Positions 38,346 through 46,912 of a stretch of 64,000 nt of DNA are shown here, one piece after another (the stretch's first letter is position 1; each line of letters opens with the position of its first letter). Source of the DNA: an uncultured virus (IMG/VR IMGVR_UViG_3300006147_000010) (lineage: Duplodnaviria > Heunggongvirae > Uroviricota > Caudoviricetes). Below the pieces are notes generated by a model. The model saw only the letters and a list, made by a program, of their open reading frames with translations. It was not told the origin of the DNA and did no database searches. The DNA is taken from positions 1 through 64,000 of IMG/VR virus record IMGVR_UViG_3300006147_000010. One strand, written 5' to 3'. A program made the position numbers and the translations under genes.

Positions 38346-38921
38346 ATGGCATATTGGATCGCTGGTCAATCCCCGCACGCGAAGCACTTCATGTGCGACA
38401 CAGAAGCTGACGTTGCGAATCTGCCGACCACTGTTAATCGCGGCGTTCCACAGGATGACGTTGACGACACCAATACCTATACAGTGCAGGCAGGCAGCAC
38501 GGCGAAAGTCATTGCCACTGGTGACAAGTATATCCTGCAGTCTGATATCGACACATGGATCAAGCAGCCCGCGTCTGGCGGAGGCGGCGGTGGTGGCGGT
38601 GGAGTCACTGACTATAACATGCTGCAGAACCGCCCCGTGATCAATATCACTGGGAACGGCGTTGTGATCAGCTCGCTGACATCTGGTGTGTATAACATCA
38701 ACGGAACATGGAAGATGACATCGGACGACGAGGAGCGTGCTACCGCTAAGGACGACCTGTTCTATGTGTTCAACGACGACACTGGGAGCAGGCTGACGTG
38801 GGTCAGCGCTGGAAAAATCAAGACCTTTGGCGTCCCGGATGGAGGCACCGCCGCTGACATCACTGAGAGCGAGATTGCAACAGTGGAAGATGTTACCGGA
38901 CAGTTGGTCGGTGATTTCTGA
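38346..38921 (+). CDS. Tail fibre-associated protein
   Basis: CDTEAD..LPT, poly-Gly linker, DYN.L.NRP.IN motif. Confidence 0.6.
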   Translation: MAYWIAGQSPHAKHFMCDTEADVANLPTTVNRGVPQDDVDDTNTYTVQAGSTAKVIATGDKYILQSDIDTWIKQPASGGGGGGGGGVTDYNMLQNRPVINITGNGVVISSLTSGVYNINGTWKMTSDDEERATAKDDLFYVFNDDTGSRLTWVSAGKIKTFGVPDGGTAADITESEIATVEDVTGQLVGDF

Positions 38922-38994
38922 TGCAACAGGGCGATAGCCCGTTTTGCATATATTCGTACTATTCATTATAGACAACAAGAAAGGAAGATGCATT

Positions 38995-39927
38995 ATGGCA
39001 ATCATCAGTAAGCTCGTTTACAAGGGTCTCAAGGCTAACCTCCCCGCTTCCCGCAGCGCGGACAGCTTCTATCTCTGCACGAATACCCGTGAGCTGTACT
39101 TCGGCGATGAGCTGTATACCGAGCCTGTTCGGTTCTACAACGGCACCGCCAACAAGCCCACCGCTCCTGCTCAGGGCGTGCTGTATATCGACGAGGCCAC
39201 CGGTAAGGGTGAGGCGTGGGACGGCACCGCCTGGAAGCCCGTCATTACCCCCGTGACCGTGAGCGCCAGCGACAACTCCGTGGAGATCGGCGGCACTGCT
39301 TCTGAGCCCACCGTCAAGGTGAAGCTCTCCACCAAGGACGGCAACCAGCTCCAGCTCGCGTCTGAGGCCGGCAAGGAGGGTCTGTTCGTCCCCGCCCCTG
39401 ACTCCGCTGACTCCTATAAGGTCGAGGAAGCTGCTGCCGCTGAGACCGGCTACCTGAAGACCTATGTGCTCAACCGCTACCCCAACGGCGACGAGACCAG
39501 GACTGCTGTTGAGTGCGGCAAGATCAACATCCCCAAGGACTACCTGGTGAAGTCCGCCGAGATCAAGGAAGTCGCCACCGCTGACGACCCCTACACCGGC
39601 GCGAAGGTCGGCGACAAGTACATTGACTTCGTGATCAATGTCAAGTCTGGCACCGCTACCGACGAGCATGTCTACCTGCCCGTGAACGATCTGGTGGATG
39701 TGTATACCGCCGGCAACGGTATCGACATCTCCGCCGCCAACGAGGTCAGCGTGAAGATCGACGCCGCGAATGCCAACGGCCTGGGCGTTGGTGCCGACGG
39801 CGTGAAGCTGGACGTGGCTGTTGCCAACAACAGCACCGGCGCGAACGGCAAGGCGGGCGCTATGTCCGCTGCCGACAAGACCGACCATGACGCCATGGTG
39901 GTCGCTCTGACTGTGGGCACGTTCTAA
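38995..39927 (+). CDS. Abundant virion fibre/decoration protein
   Basis: Codon bias like MCP and tail tube; INIPKDYLVKS, YTAGNGI motifs; start re-called to ATG 38995. Confidence 0.65.
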   Translation: MAIISKLVYKGLKANLPASRSADSFYLCTNTRELYFGDELYTEPVRFYNGTANKPTAPAQGVLYIDEATGKGEAWDGTAWKPVITPVTVSASDNSVEIGGTASEPTVKVKLSTKDGNQLQLASEAGKEGLFVPAPDSADSYKVEEAAAAETGYLKTYVLNRYPNGDETRTAVECGKINIPKDYLVKSAEIKEVATADDPYTGAKVGDKYIDFVINVKSGTATDEHVYLPVNDLVDVYTAGNGIDISAANEVSVKIDAANANGLGVGADGVKLDVAVANNSTGANGKAGAMSAADKTDHDAMVVALTVGTF

Positions 39928-39952
39928 TAACGGCCAACGAGACAAACTGATT

Positions 39953-39980
39953 GGAGGGAGGGGCTTTGGCTCCTCCCTTC
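39953..39980 (+). terminator. Stem-loop after highly expressed gene
   Basis: GGAGGGAGGGGC/GCTCCTCCCTTC. Confidence 0.55.
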
Positions 39981-40003
39981 GTCAATAACGGGAGGTATTC
40001 AAC

Positions 40004-40540
40004 ATGGCCTTATTTAATCCAAACGTGACAGTTGAGAGTAAGGCGCGGAACACCACGCAGCTTCCCATCAGCGAAGGCCAGTTCTTGATGACCTCGGATA
40101 CGAAAAATGTTTTCTACGATCTGGCCGGTGAGCGCATTCAGCTCACGGACATCATTGAACTGGATACTGAGGCACAGCGGAAGGCGATCCTTGCGCCGCT
40201 CAACAAGTTCTATTTCGTCAAAGACACCGGCATCCTGTGGCGGTACAACAACGGATGGCTGAGCTGGGGACATGGCGGTGGTTCGTCAAGCTCCGCCGTA
40301 CACAAAGTCCTCACCGCAGCGGGGTGGGTCAACAACCAGCAGGTCGTCAGCATCAGCGGTCTGACTGCGAACCAGAACGGTATCGCAGGTCTCTCCCAGG
40401 ATATTTCCCAGGCTGAGTTCGAGGCAGCAGCAAACGCGGAGATGCGTATCTGCGCTCAGGCCGATGGGTCATTCACGGTTGTGTATCACGGAGATAAGCC
40501 GGGGTGCGACATCCCAATCACAATCATCATTCTGGACTAA
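40004..40540 (+). CDS. Tail fibre adaptor-like protein
   Basis: C-terminal domain paralogous to the next gene (GW...GL.ANQNG...Q.DG...DIP.TI..LD). Confidence 0.6.
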   Translation: MALFNPNVTVESKARNTTQLPISEGQFLMTSDTKNVFYDLAGERIQLTDIIELDTEAQRKAILAPLNKFYFVKDTGILWRYNNGWLSWGHGGGSSSSAVHKVLTAAGWVNNQQVVSISGLTANQNGIAGLSQDISQAEFEAAANAEMRICAQADGSFTVVYHGDKPGCDIPITIIILD

Positions 40541-40556
40541 AAGGAGGCGATAGCGT

Positions 40557-40961
40557 ATGAGCACAACACCGAACTATGGCCTCTATGTGACAGACGATGT
40601 GAAGGAGAAGGTCAAGGAACTGCTGGAAAAGATGAGCAACACGACTGACTCCAACATGGTCAAGATCGATACGGCTCTCGGTGAGAAGGCCGACCACAGT
40701 TCTGACGTGACTCTGACGCTGGTGTCTTCTGGTTGGTCAGGCGTGTCTGCTCCGTACACATATGAACTGAGTGTGGCTGGACTGAAAGCAAATCAAAACG
40801 GGCACATCGAGGTGGCGCACAGCGCCACATTTGAACAGCGTCAGATGGCACGGGAAGCAATCCTATGCGTCACTGGACAGTCTGATGGCAAGATCATCAT
40901 CTCTGCGGATGGTGAGATGCCTGAACTGGACATCCCGGTCACCATCGTCATGCTGGACTAA
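40557..40961 (+). CDS. Tail fibre adaptor-like protein
   Basis: TTPNYGL..NMVKID N-terminus; paralogous to the previous gene. Confidence 0.6.
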   Translation: MSTTPNYGLYVTDDVKEKVKELLEKMSNTTDSNMVKIDTALGEKADHSSDVTLTLVSSGWSGVSAPYTYELSVAGLKANQNGHIEVAHSATFEQRQMAREAILCVTGQSDGKIIISADGEMPELDIPVTIVMLD

Positions 40962-40984
40962 TTTGAGATAAAGGAGATATCAAT

Positions 40985-43249
40985 ATGCCTATTCTTGGAA
41001 ATTTCCCCGCTGGTGGCGGTGGAGGCGGCACAGGCGGACTGGCATTGGCGGCGGTGACTAATATCGCCACCGTAACCGCGCACGAGAAAGTGTATGTCAG
41101 TTGGACTGACCCGAACGATCTGGTAGTGGCAGGCTCTACTCTGGCCGCGTGGGGAGGCACCCTGCTGGTGCGTAAGGCCGGCAGCGCTCCCGTGAGCCGC
41201 AGGGACGGCACGGTTGTTCTTGACAGCAAGACACGCAACCAGTACAGCACTACCTACTTCTGTGATTCCGGTCTGACTGACGGCGTGACGTACTACTACA
41301 AGTTCTTCCCCTACACTACAAGCAGCACGTACACAGACAGCACGGACGATGAGTTCACCGCGACTCCTGCCGCTGTCGCCCCAGGTAATGTGTCCGGCAT
41401 GAGCGCAGTCGCTGCCGGTAACGGGAAGATCACTGTGCAGTGGGGTGACCCAGCCGCCACTGTTGTGACGGACGGTATCACCGTGTCCACCTGGGCAAGC
41501 ACGCAGGTCGTGTATAAGGCCGGGAGCTATCCGACTGACCCGTCAGACGGCACACTGGCACTGAACAGCACCACACGCAACCAGTATGCCACCAACGGCT
41601 TTACCATTACCGGGCTTACGAACGGTACCACCTACTACATCGCCTTCTTCCCGACATCTACCGACGGCGCCGTGAACACCGATACAGCGAACCGCGTGGC
41701 CGGTGTTCCGAACCGGCTCGTCATCAACGATATCCCCGCGCAGAGCGGGACTCTGACATACAATAAGTCTCCGCAGAACCCAGTGTGGGACAGCGCATAT
41801 AACCCCGCCATCATGACACTGGGCGGCGAGACTGTCGGAACCAACGCGAAGACATACGTGGCTACGTTCACCCCGGATGACGACCATGTATTCGCCGGCG
41901 AGACAGCACCGAAGGCCAAGAATGTATCGTGGGTAATCGGCAAAGCAACCGGTACACTGACGCTCACACCAGCTTCTCTGGTTCTGGACAAGACCACGAC
42001 AAGCGCAACCTTCGCCATCTCCGGGGACTTCGATGGCAGCTACACTGTCACGTCGATGGATACCAGCATTGCAACCGTGGCTCTGGTGAGCGGTAAGACA
42101 TACCGTGTCAGCAGTGTGAACAGCACGACCGGCACCGCTTCTATCAAGGTGAGCTGCTCGGGCGGCAGCAACTATACCGCCCCCGCCGACAAGTCTGTGA
42201 GTGTGACAGCGAAGTTCGTTACCATCTATGGCGTGAGCTGGGATGGTTCGAGTACCACGAAGTGGTCTCGTACAGATGCATCAGCCAGCTTCACAGATCC
42301 TGTGCCTGCTGTTAGCAATGGGAACGGCAGTTCCCCGTTCGACAGCCTGCAGCCATGGGCCGGAATGGTCAAGGATACTTCTGACAGCGCTGCCGGCGTT
42401 CTGGTGAAGATTCCGAAGTTCTGGTACAAATGGACAAAGAGCGGCAATACGTTGAAGCTCCAGATTGCAGACGGTCAGGTGGACGGGTTCAATGTTTCTC
42501 CCGCGCACGCCAACAGGGGCGATGGCAAGGGTGAGCGCGACTTCGTTTACGTTGGGCGGTATCACTGCGCGAGTGGGTATAAGTCCACCACAGGCGCCGC
42601 ACAGCAGGTAAATATTACACGGTCAACAGCGCGTTCCAGTATTCACAATTTGGGTGCAACCATTTGGCAGTTCGACTACGCTATGCGCGTGACGATTCAG
42701 ATGCTCTATCTGGTCGAGTTCGCCGATTGGAACTCTCAGGCAAAGATCGGCTACGGCTGCTCTGCCGGTGGCTCCAAGGAGAACAATGGCAAGACCGATG
42801 CTATGCAGTATCACACTGGTACTACTGCGGCAAACCGGACAACCTATGGCTACACGCAGTACCGCAACATCGAAGGTCTGTGGGACAACGTTTACGACTG
42901 GATGGATGGTTGTTACTACAACGGTAACGGCATGAACATCATCATGAATCCCGCCAATTTCTCTGACTCTTCTGGCGGGACTTTGATCGGTAAGCCTTCC
43001 AGCGGTTGGCCTTCTGATATTGCTGTGGCTACCGCAAGTGGTCTGGAGTGGGCGATCTACCCCACTGCGGCAAGCGGTTCCGAAAGCACATACGTCGCGG
43101 ATTACTGGTACTATTTCGCTTCCTACCCGTGCCTGCGCTGTGGGGGTGGCTGCAACCAGGGCCAGGGCCACGGGTTGTTCTACGTGTACTGCAACGGCGC
43201 CAGCAGCGCGAACGCGTACATCGGCTGCCGCCTCCAAAAACTCCCCTAA
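40985..43249 (+). CDS. DGR target: receptor-binding protein with two FN3-like repeats and a C-terminal C-type lectin (FGE-like) domain
   Basis: Internal repeat W.DP..KAGS.P....DGT...TRNQY..GLT.G.TYY; YRNIEGLWDNVYDWMDG; ends IGCRL within VR. Confidence 0.9.
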   Translation: MPILGNFPAGGGGGGTGGLALAAVTNIATVTAHEKVYVSWTDPNDLVVAGSTLAAWGGTLLVRKAGSAPVSRRDGTVVLDSKTRNQYSTTYFCDSGLTDGVTYYYKFFPYTTSSTYTDSTDDEFTATPAAVAPGNVSGMSAVAAGNGKITVQWGDPAATVVTDGITVSTWASTQVVYKAGSYPTDPSDGTLALNSTTRNQYATNGFTITGLTNGTTYYIAFFPTSTDGAVNTDTANRVAGVPNRLVINDIPAQSGTLTYNKSPQNPVWDSAYNPAIMTLGGETVGTNAKTYVATFTPDDDHVFAGETAPKAKNVSWVIGKATGTLTLTPASLVLDKTTTSATFAISGDFDGSYTVTSMDTSIATVALVSGKTYRVSSVNSTTGTASIKVSCSGGSNYTAPADKSVSVTAKFVTIYGVSWDGSSTTKWSRTDASASFTDPVPAVSNGNGSSPFDSLQPWAGMVKDTSDSAAGVLVKIPKFWYKWTKSGNTLKLQIADGQVDGFNVSPAHANRGDGKGERDFVYVGRYHCASGYKSTTGAAQQVNITRSTARSSIHNLGATIWQFDYAMRVTIQMLYLVEFADWNSQAKIGYGCSAGGSKENNGKTDAMQYHTGTTAANRTTYGYTQYRNIEGLWDNVYDWMDGCYYNGNGMNIIMNPANFSDSSGGTLIGKPSSGWPSDIAVATASGLEWAIYPTAASGSESTYVADYWYYFASYPCLRCGGGCNQGQGHGLFYVYCNGASSANAYIGCRLQKLP
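43093..43235 (+). repeat. DGR variable repeat (VR)
   Basis: 143-bp gapless match to 43545-43687; 21 mismatches, all opposite TR adenines. Confidence 0.97.
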
Positions 43250-43259
43250 AGGAGGGGCG

Positions 43260-43283
43260 TGGGGAGGGTCGCAACCCTCCCCA
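43260..43283 (+). promoter_or_regulatory. DGR homing hairpin/cruciform downstream of VR
   Basis: TGGGGAGGGT-CGCA-ACCCTCCCCA, 10-bp stem with 4-nt loop just after the target stop. Confidence 0.8.
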
Positions 43284-43343
43284 TCATGCAGCCTAACGAA
43301 CAATTAAATGGCGGTAATCGCCATAAGCAACCATGACTTCCTA

Positions 43344-43461
43344 TGTAGACGAAGACACCATATGCTCACAGGGGGGGGTGATAGGCGTGTGCATACATAT
43401 GGTACGTTCGGCCGGACACGCTACACCCCTCCATGTGAGGCGGTGTCTTTTTGCATCTACA
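43344..43461 (+). ncRNA. Long nested hairpin upstream of TR (candidate 5' domain of DGR RNA)
   Basis: Nested pairs TGTAGA/TCTACA, AAGACACC/GGTGTCTT, CTCACA/TGTGAG, GGGGGGGTG/CACCCCTCC, GCGTGT/ACACGC. Confidence 0.55.
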
Positions 43462-43544
43462 CACAATTCAATCGCATAAACGGCATGTTTTATACATGCC
43501 ACGGGATTGCCTACGCAGCAGTCGCTGGTTCTTTTAATTGGTGC

Positions 43545-43687
43545 CGTCGCGGATAACTGGAACTATAACGCTTCCAACCCGTGCCTGCACTGTGGGGGTA
43601 ACTACAACCAGAACCAGAACCACGGGTTGTTCTACGTGAACTACAACAACGCCAGCAACACGAACGCGAACATCGGCTGCCGCATCC
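43545..43687 (+). repeat. DGR template repeat (TR)
   Basis: AAC-rich copy of VR, upstream of the RT gene. Confidence 0.97.
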
Positions 43688-43926
43688 TTGTTTTCGCCAG
43701 ACCTCACCAGAGGTAACGGGCGAGTGCTTGGTTAGCACAATTTCGGTAGAACGGGCTCCTCACCCTTTCTATAAGGGCTGTCGTGCGTATATCGCACGGC
43801 ACCCTTGGCGCGGGCAATCGCGTGCCCCTTGGCAAAGATTAACCGATAGGACATGGGTTAGTACCTCCTGTGAAAGCGGGACGTGGGAAAGCTCATGAGG
43901 TTACAAGGAGGATATTGTAACTCCTT
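43688..43926 (+). ncRNA. DGR spacer RNA between TR and RT
   Basis: Non-coding with several short hairpins; position matches the Sp priming region of characterised DGRs. Confidence 0.55.
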
Positions 43927-45042
43927 ATGAAACGTACAGCACATCTATACGAAGAACTCATTTCCCACGACAACCTGATGCTCGCACTAATTGAGGTAAA
44001 CGCGAGCCACAGGTGGCTCCCTAAGCACAGGCCAAACAAAATTGTTGCATGGGTCGAGCAGGATATGGAAGCCCGTGTGAATGAGTTGAGAAAGATCATC
44101 GAACAGATCGTATACCACAAGAGACAGCTATCCAAACCAAAGCAGAAGCAGCGTTACGATAAGAGCGCAGGCAAGTGGCGCATTATCAACGAGCCGAAGC
44201 TGTGGCCCGACCAGTATATCCATCACGCACTCGTGCAGGTGCTGCAGCCTACCATGATGCGTGGGATGGACAGGCATTGCTGCGGAAGTATCAGATCGCG
44301 CGGTATCCACTACGGCAAGAAGAAAATCGAGAAGTGGATGGATACGGATGCGCGCGGAACGAAGTATTGCGAGGAACTCGACATACATCATTTCTACGAC
44401 AGTATCGACCCGAAGTACATTATGGCTCGGCTCAGATGCCTTATCAAGGATTGGCGCGTGTTGAAAATCTGCGAGGAGATCCTGCGTTACGGCGTGCTGA
44501 TTGGTCTTTACACATCCCAGTGGTTTGCGAATACACTCCTGCAGCCACTCGACCAACTCATTCGAGACAGCGGATTCTGTACTCACTATCTCAGATATAT
44601 GGATAACTTTACCATATTCGGGAGCAACAAGAGGAAACTCCACAAGCTGAGAAAGCTAATTGAAGAATGGCTTGCAGAGGTCAATCTGTCGTTGAAGGAG
44701 AACTGGCAGGTGTTCCCGACTAAGAGCCGTATGCCATGCGCGCTTGGATACAGATTCGGTAGAGGCTATACCTTACTTAAGAAAAGGAACCTGTTCCGGT
44801 TGAAGCGGAAGCTCAACGAGTATTACAGGCGCCGGCGGAAGCACAGGAAGATCTCTGCAAAAATGGCAACAGGTCTGATCTCAAGGCTTGGTCAACTCAA
44901 GCATTGCAGCAATAAGAATGTCTATGAAAAGATCTATCACGGCAAGGTTCAAAGAGAACTGAAGCAAGTGATTCGAAATGATATGCGAAAGGAGCGATTA
45001 ACGTGGAGTATGTATTTGGAACAAACAGCTATAGCGGCGTAG
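43927..45042 (+). CDS. DGR reverse transcriptase
   Basis: GKWRII, DQYIHHAL, LDIHHFYDSI, DGR-type IGLYTSQWFAN, YMDN, LGY. Confidence 0.95.
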   Translation: MKRTAHLYEELISHDNLMLALIEVNASHRWLPKHRPNKIVAWVEQDMEARVNELRKIIEQIVYHKRQLSKPKQKQRYDKSAGKWRIINEPKLWPDQYIHHALVQVLQPTMMRGMDRHCCGSIRSRGIHYGKKKIEKWMDTDARGTKYCEELDIHHFYDSIDPKYIMARLRCLIKDWRVLKICEEILRYGVLIGLYTSQWFANTLLQPLDQLIRDSGFCTHYLRYMDNFTIFGSNKRKLHKLRKLIEEWLAEVNLSLKENWQVFPTKSRMPCALGYRFGRGYTLLKKRNLFRLKRKLNEYYRRRRKHRKISAKMATGLISRLGQLKHCSNKNVYEKIYHGKVQRELKQVIRNDMRKERLTWSMYLEQTAIAA

Positions 45043-45287
45043 AGACTCTGCGTACAAAGGGGAGCGAGCACACAAATTTCGTTGGGTTCGTTGAGACGGT
45101 GCAGGAGTTCGATGACAGCACCATCACAGATACCTTCCATGTTGTCAGCAAGACAAAGTCCGATGATGACGCAGAAGGTAACTGCTATGACTGGTACATC
45201 ATTGACAAACACAACCGTGTCATCGACAAGACCAAGCGCCTGAAGGCGAACATCGACGTGCTTGCCGCGACAATTCTGGAGGGGTAA
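45003..45287 (+). CDS. Hypothetical protein
   Basis: RBS AAGGAG, GTG start inside the RT 3' end; acidic and beta-rich, not Avd-like. Confidence 0.7.
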   Translation: MEYVFGTNSYSGVETLRTKGSEHTNFVGFVETVQEFDDSTITDTFHVVSKTKSDDDAEGNCYDWYIIDKHNRVIDKTKRLKANIDVLAATILEG

Positions 45288-45289
45288 CA

Positions 45290-45880
45290 ATGACAATGAA
45301 GATGGACAAGAATGATGTGGCGCGCCTGTATGAGAATCGTATGATCTCTGCCGTCGGCGTGCTGAACGCGATCCGCAGCAAGTGGATCACCACCGAGGAT
45401 GCGGTTGAAATCCTTGGGTCAGACAATGCACTCAGCGTCATCAGATCCGCGAAGCTCCAGGAAATCTCAGAGGCGTGCAACAATACAATCGTTGCCGGCA
45501 TCGACGTGGTGATCGGCGACCGGACTGATCACTTCAACCTCGCTCTGGAGGATCAGAGCAACATCAATAACTTGTTCCGCGTCGTGGAGCTGGGCGGTAC
45601 TGAGTACCCATACCAGGCAGACGACGGGACATGTACCGTGTATAGCAAGCAGGAAATCGTTCAGATCTATATCGCCGCCCAGACTCACATCACGGTCAAC
45701 ACCGCGTACCACAATGCGCTCAAGGCGTATCTGCTGTCTCTGGAGGACACCGATGTGATCGGCGCAATCGAGTATGGTATGGAGCTTCCTGCGCCATACG
45801 CCGAGGAGTTGGCTACCAAGCTGGGTGTCGCCGAGAATCAGATGCAGATGATCGTGGCGAAGCTGAGCGAGGTGGGATAA
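45290..45880 (+). CDS. Tail fibre assembly-like protein (DUF4376-like)
   Basis: K..EIS.AC...I.AG, HF.L..EDQ.N, Y.AD...C..YS pattern. Confidence 0.6.
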   Translation: MTMKMDKNDVARLYENRMISAVGVLNAIRSKWITTEDAVEILGSDNALSVIRSAKLQEISEACNNTIVAGIDVVIGDRTDHFNLALEDQSNINNLFRVVELGGTEYPYQADDGTCTVYSKQEIVQIYIAAQTHITVNTAYHNALKAYLLSLEDTDVIGAIEYGMELPAPYAEELATKLGVAENQMQMIVAKLSEVG

Positions 45881-45882
45881 CT

Positions 45883-46065
45883 ATGCACACCAAACTGGTG
45901 GAGATACTTTCGGATATCTGCATCAGGCAGGCGTCTGTCATCAAAGACCAAGCATTTGCTCTCGCTGCACTGGGAGCGGAAGTACGAGAGGACGAGGCGG
46001 CTGCTTTGCGCGACCTCCTCCGTTCTCTGATTGGAGATTGGAGTGATGATGATGGAAAAGAGTAA
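45883..46065 (+). CDS. Small hypothetical protein
   Basis: Coupled ORF with RBS GAGGTGG. Confidence 0.6.
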   Translation: MHTKLVEILSDICIRQASVIKDQAFALAALGAEVREDEAAALRDLLRSLIGDWSDDDGKE

Positions 46066-46501
46066 GCTGAGCAAGTGGGTGCTTTCCGGGCTTCTGTGGG
46101 TGTTCGGCGGCACCCTCTACTTCTATATGGAGGTTATGTGGAAGACGCTGAACAGCAGACCAGAGTCAATCAGTTGGACGATGCTGACACTGGCGATGAT
46201 CCTGTGCATCCCTCTTGAACGATTCGGGAGTGAACTGCCATGGAACTGCCCACTGCTTTTGCAGGCGTCCATCTGTACTGTAGCAATCACAGCAACCGAG
46301 TTTATCGCCGGGTGCATCCTGAACCTCTGGCTCGGCCTGGGGATTTGGGACTACTCAAACGTCCCGTTCAATATCCTTGGGCAAGTGTGCTTGGCGTTCT
46401 CCGGCGTATGGTTTGCGCTGTCGATCTTTGCAATCATTCTGTTTGACTGGATACGGTACATCGTGGAGGGCGGAGAGAAACCGCATTATCGCATTGTATG
46501 A
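46046..46501 (+). CDS. Membrane protein (CmpB/TMEM229-like putative permease)
   Basis: Four hydrophobic segments; EFIAG.ILN, WDYS..PFNILGQVC. Confidence 0.75.
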   Translation: MMMEKSKLSKWVLSGLLWVFGGTLYFYMEVMWKTLNSRPESISWTMLTLAMILCIPLERFGSELPWNCPLLLQASICTVAITATEFIAGCILNLWLGLGIWDYSNVPFNILGQVCLAFSGVWFALSIFAIILFDWIRYIVEGGEKPHYRIV

Positions 46502-46512
46502 AAGGGAAATAA

Positions 46513-46845
46513 ATGCCAAAATTCAACATCAATAAACTTCGGTCTGCTGGCCTGAGATACCTTGCCGCAGACACAGACGGTCAGATGTGGGCGTATGAAG
46601 CAATGCCCGTACGAGAAGATGGGCATTGGAGGCTGTCAGACAAACATATGTGCCCATCTGATTACGGTGAAGCATACCTGGAACATTGGAGAAAGGTAAT
46701 GCGATGGAGGTGGAAGGGCAGGGAGTTCTGTCTTCCAGTCTATGATACGCCCGTCAAGCTGACATCCGATGACGACCCATATGACATTGTTCAACATGGG
46801 CTCGTGGATGGGAAAGACCTTAAGGCTTGGCCGGAGTTTATATAG
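46513..46845 (+). CDS. Hypothetical protein
   Basis: RYLAADTDG..WAYE..P motif; RBS AAAGGG. Confidence 0.65.
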   Translation: MPKFNINKLRSAGLRYLAADTDGQMWAYEAMPVREDGHWRLSDKHMCPSDYGEAYLEHWRKVMRWRWKGREFCLPVYDTPVKLTSDDDPYDIVQHGLVDGKDLKAWPEFI

Positions 46846-46912
46846 AAGTCGTATTTTATTCAGCCTCGGCGGTGTGTCCTGCCAGGGCTGTTCTTGAAAG
46901 GAGGGGGACCTG

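Noticed and set aside
261..39945. Long antisense ORFs (261-995, 15389-16111, 19895-20692, 25043-26359, 28184-29140, 37551-39005, 38959-39945)
   Set aside because: Shadows of codon-biased + strand genes; no recognisable motifs
43308..43556. 82-aa ORF upstream of TR as avd
   Set aside because: No clear RBS, too short, not helical or Avd-like, and it overlaps a strongly base-paired region
43507..43716. 69-aa Asn-rich ORF
   Set aside because: It is the TR read in the VR frame; openness is expected from AAC codons
43927..45042. RT as group II intron or retron
   Set aside because: IGxxxSQ motif and the adjacent TR/VR pair identify a DGR; no intron domain V or retron VTG motif seen
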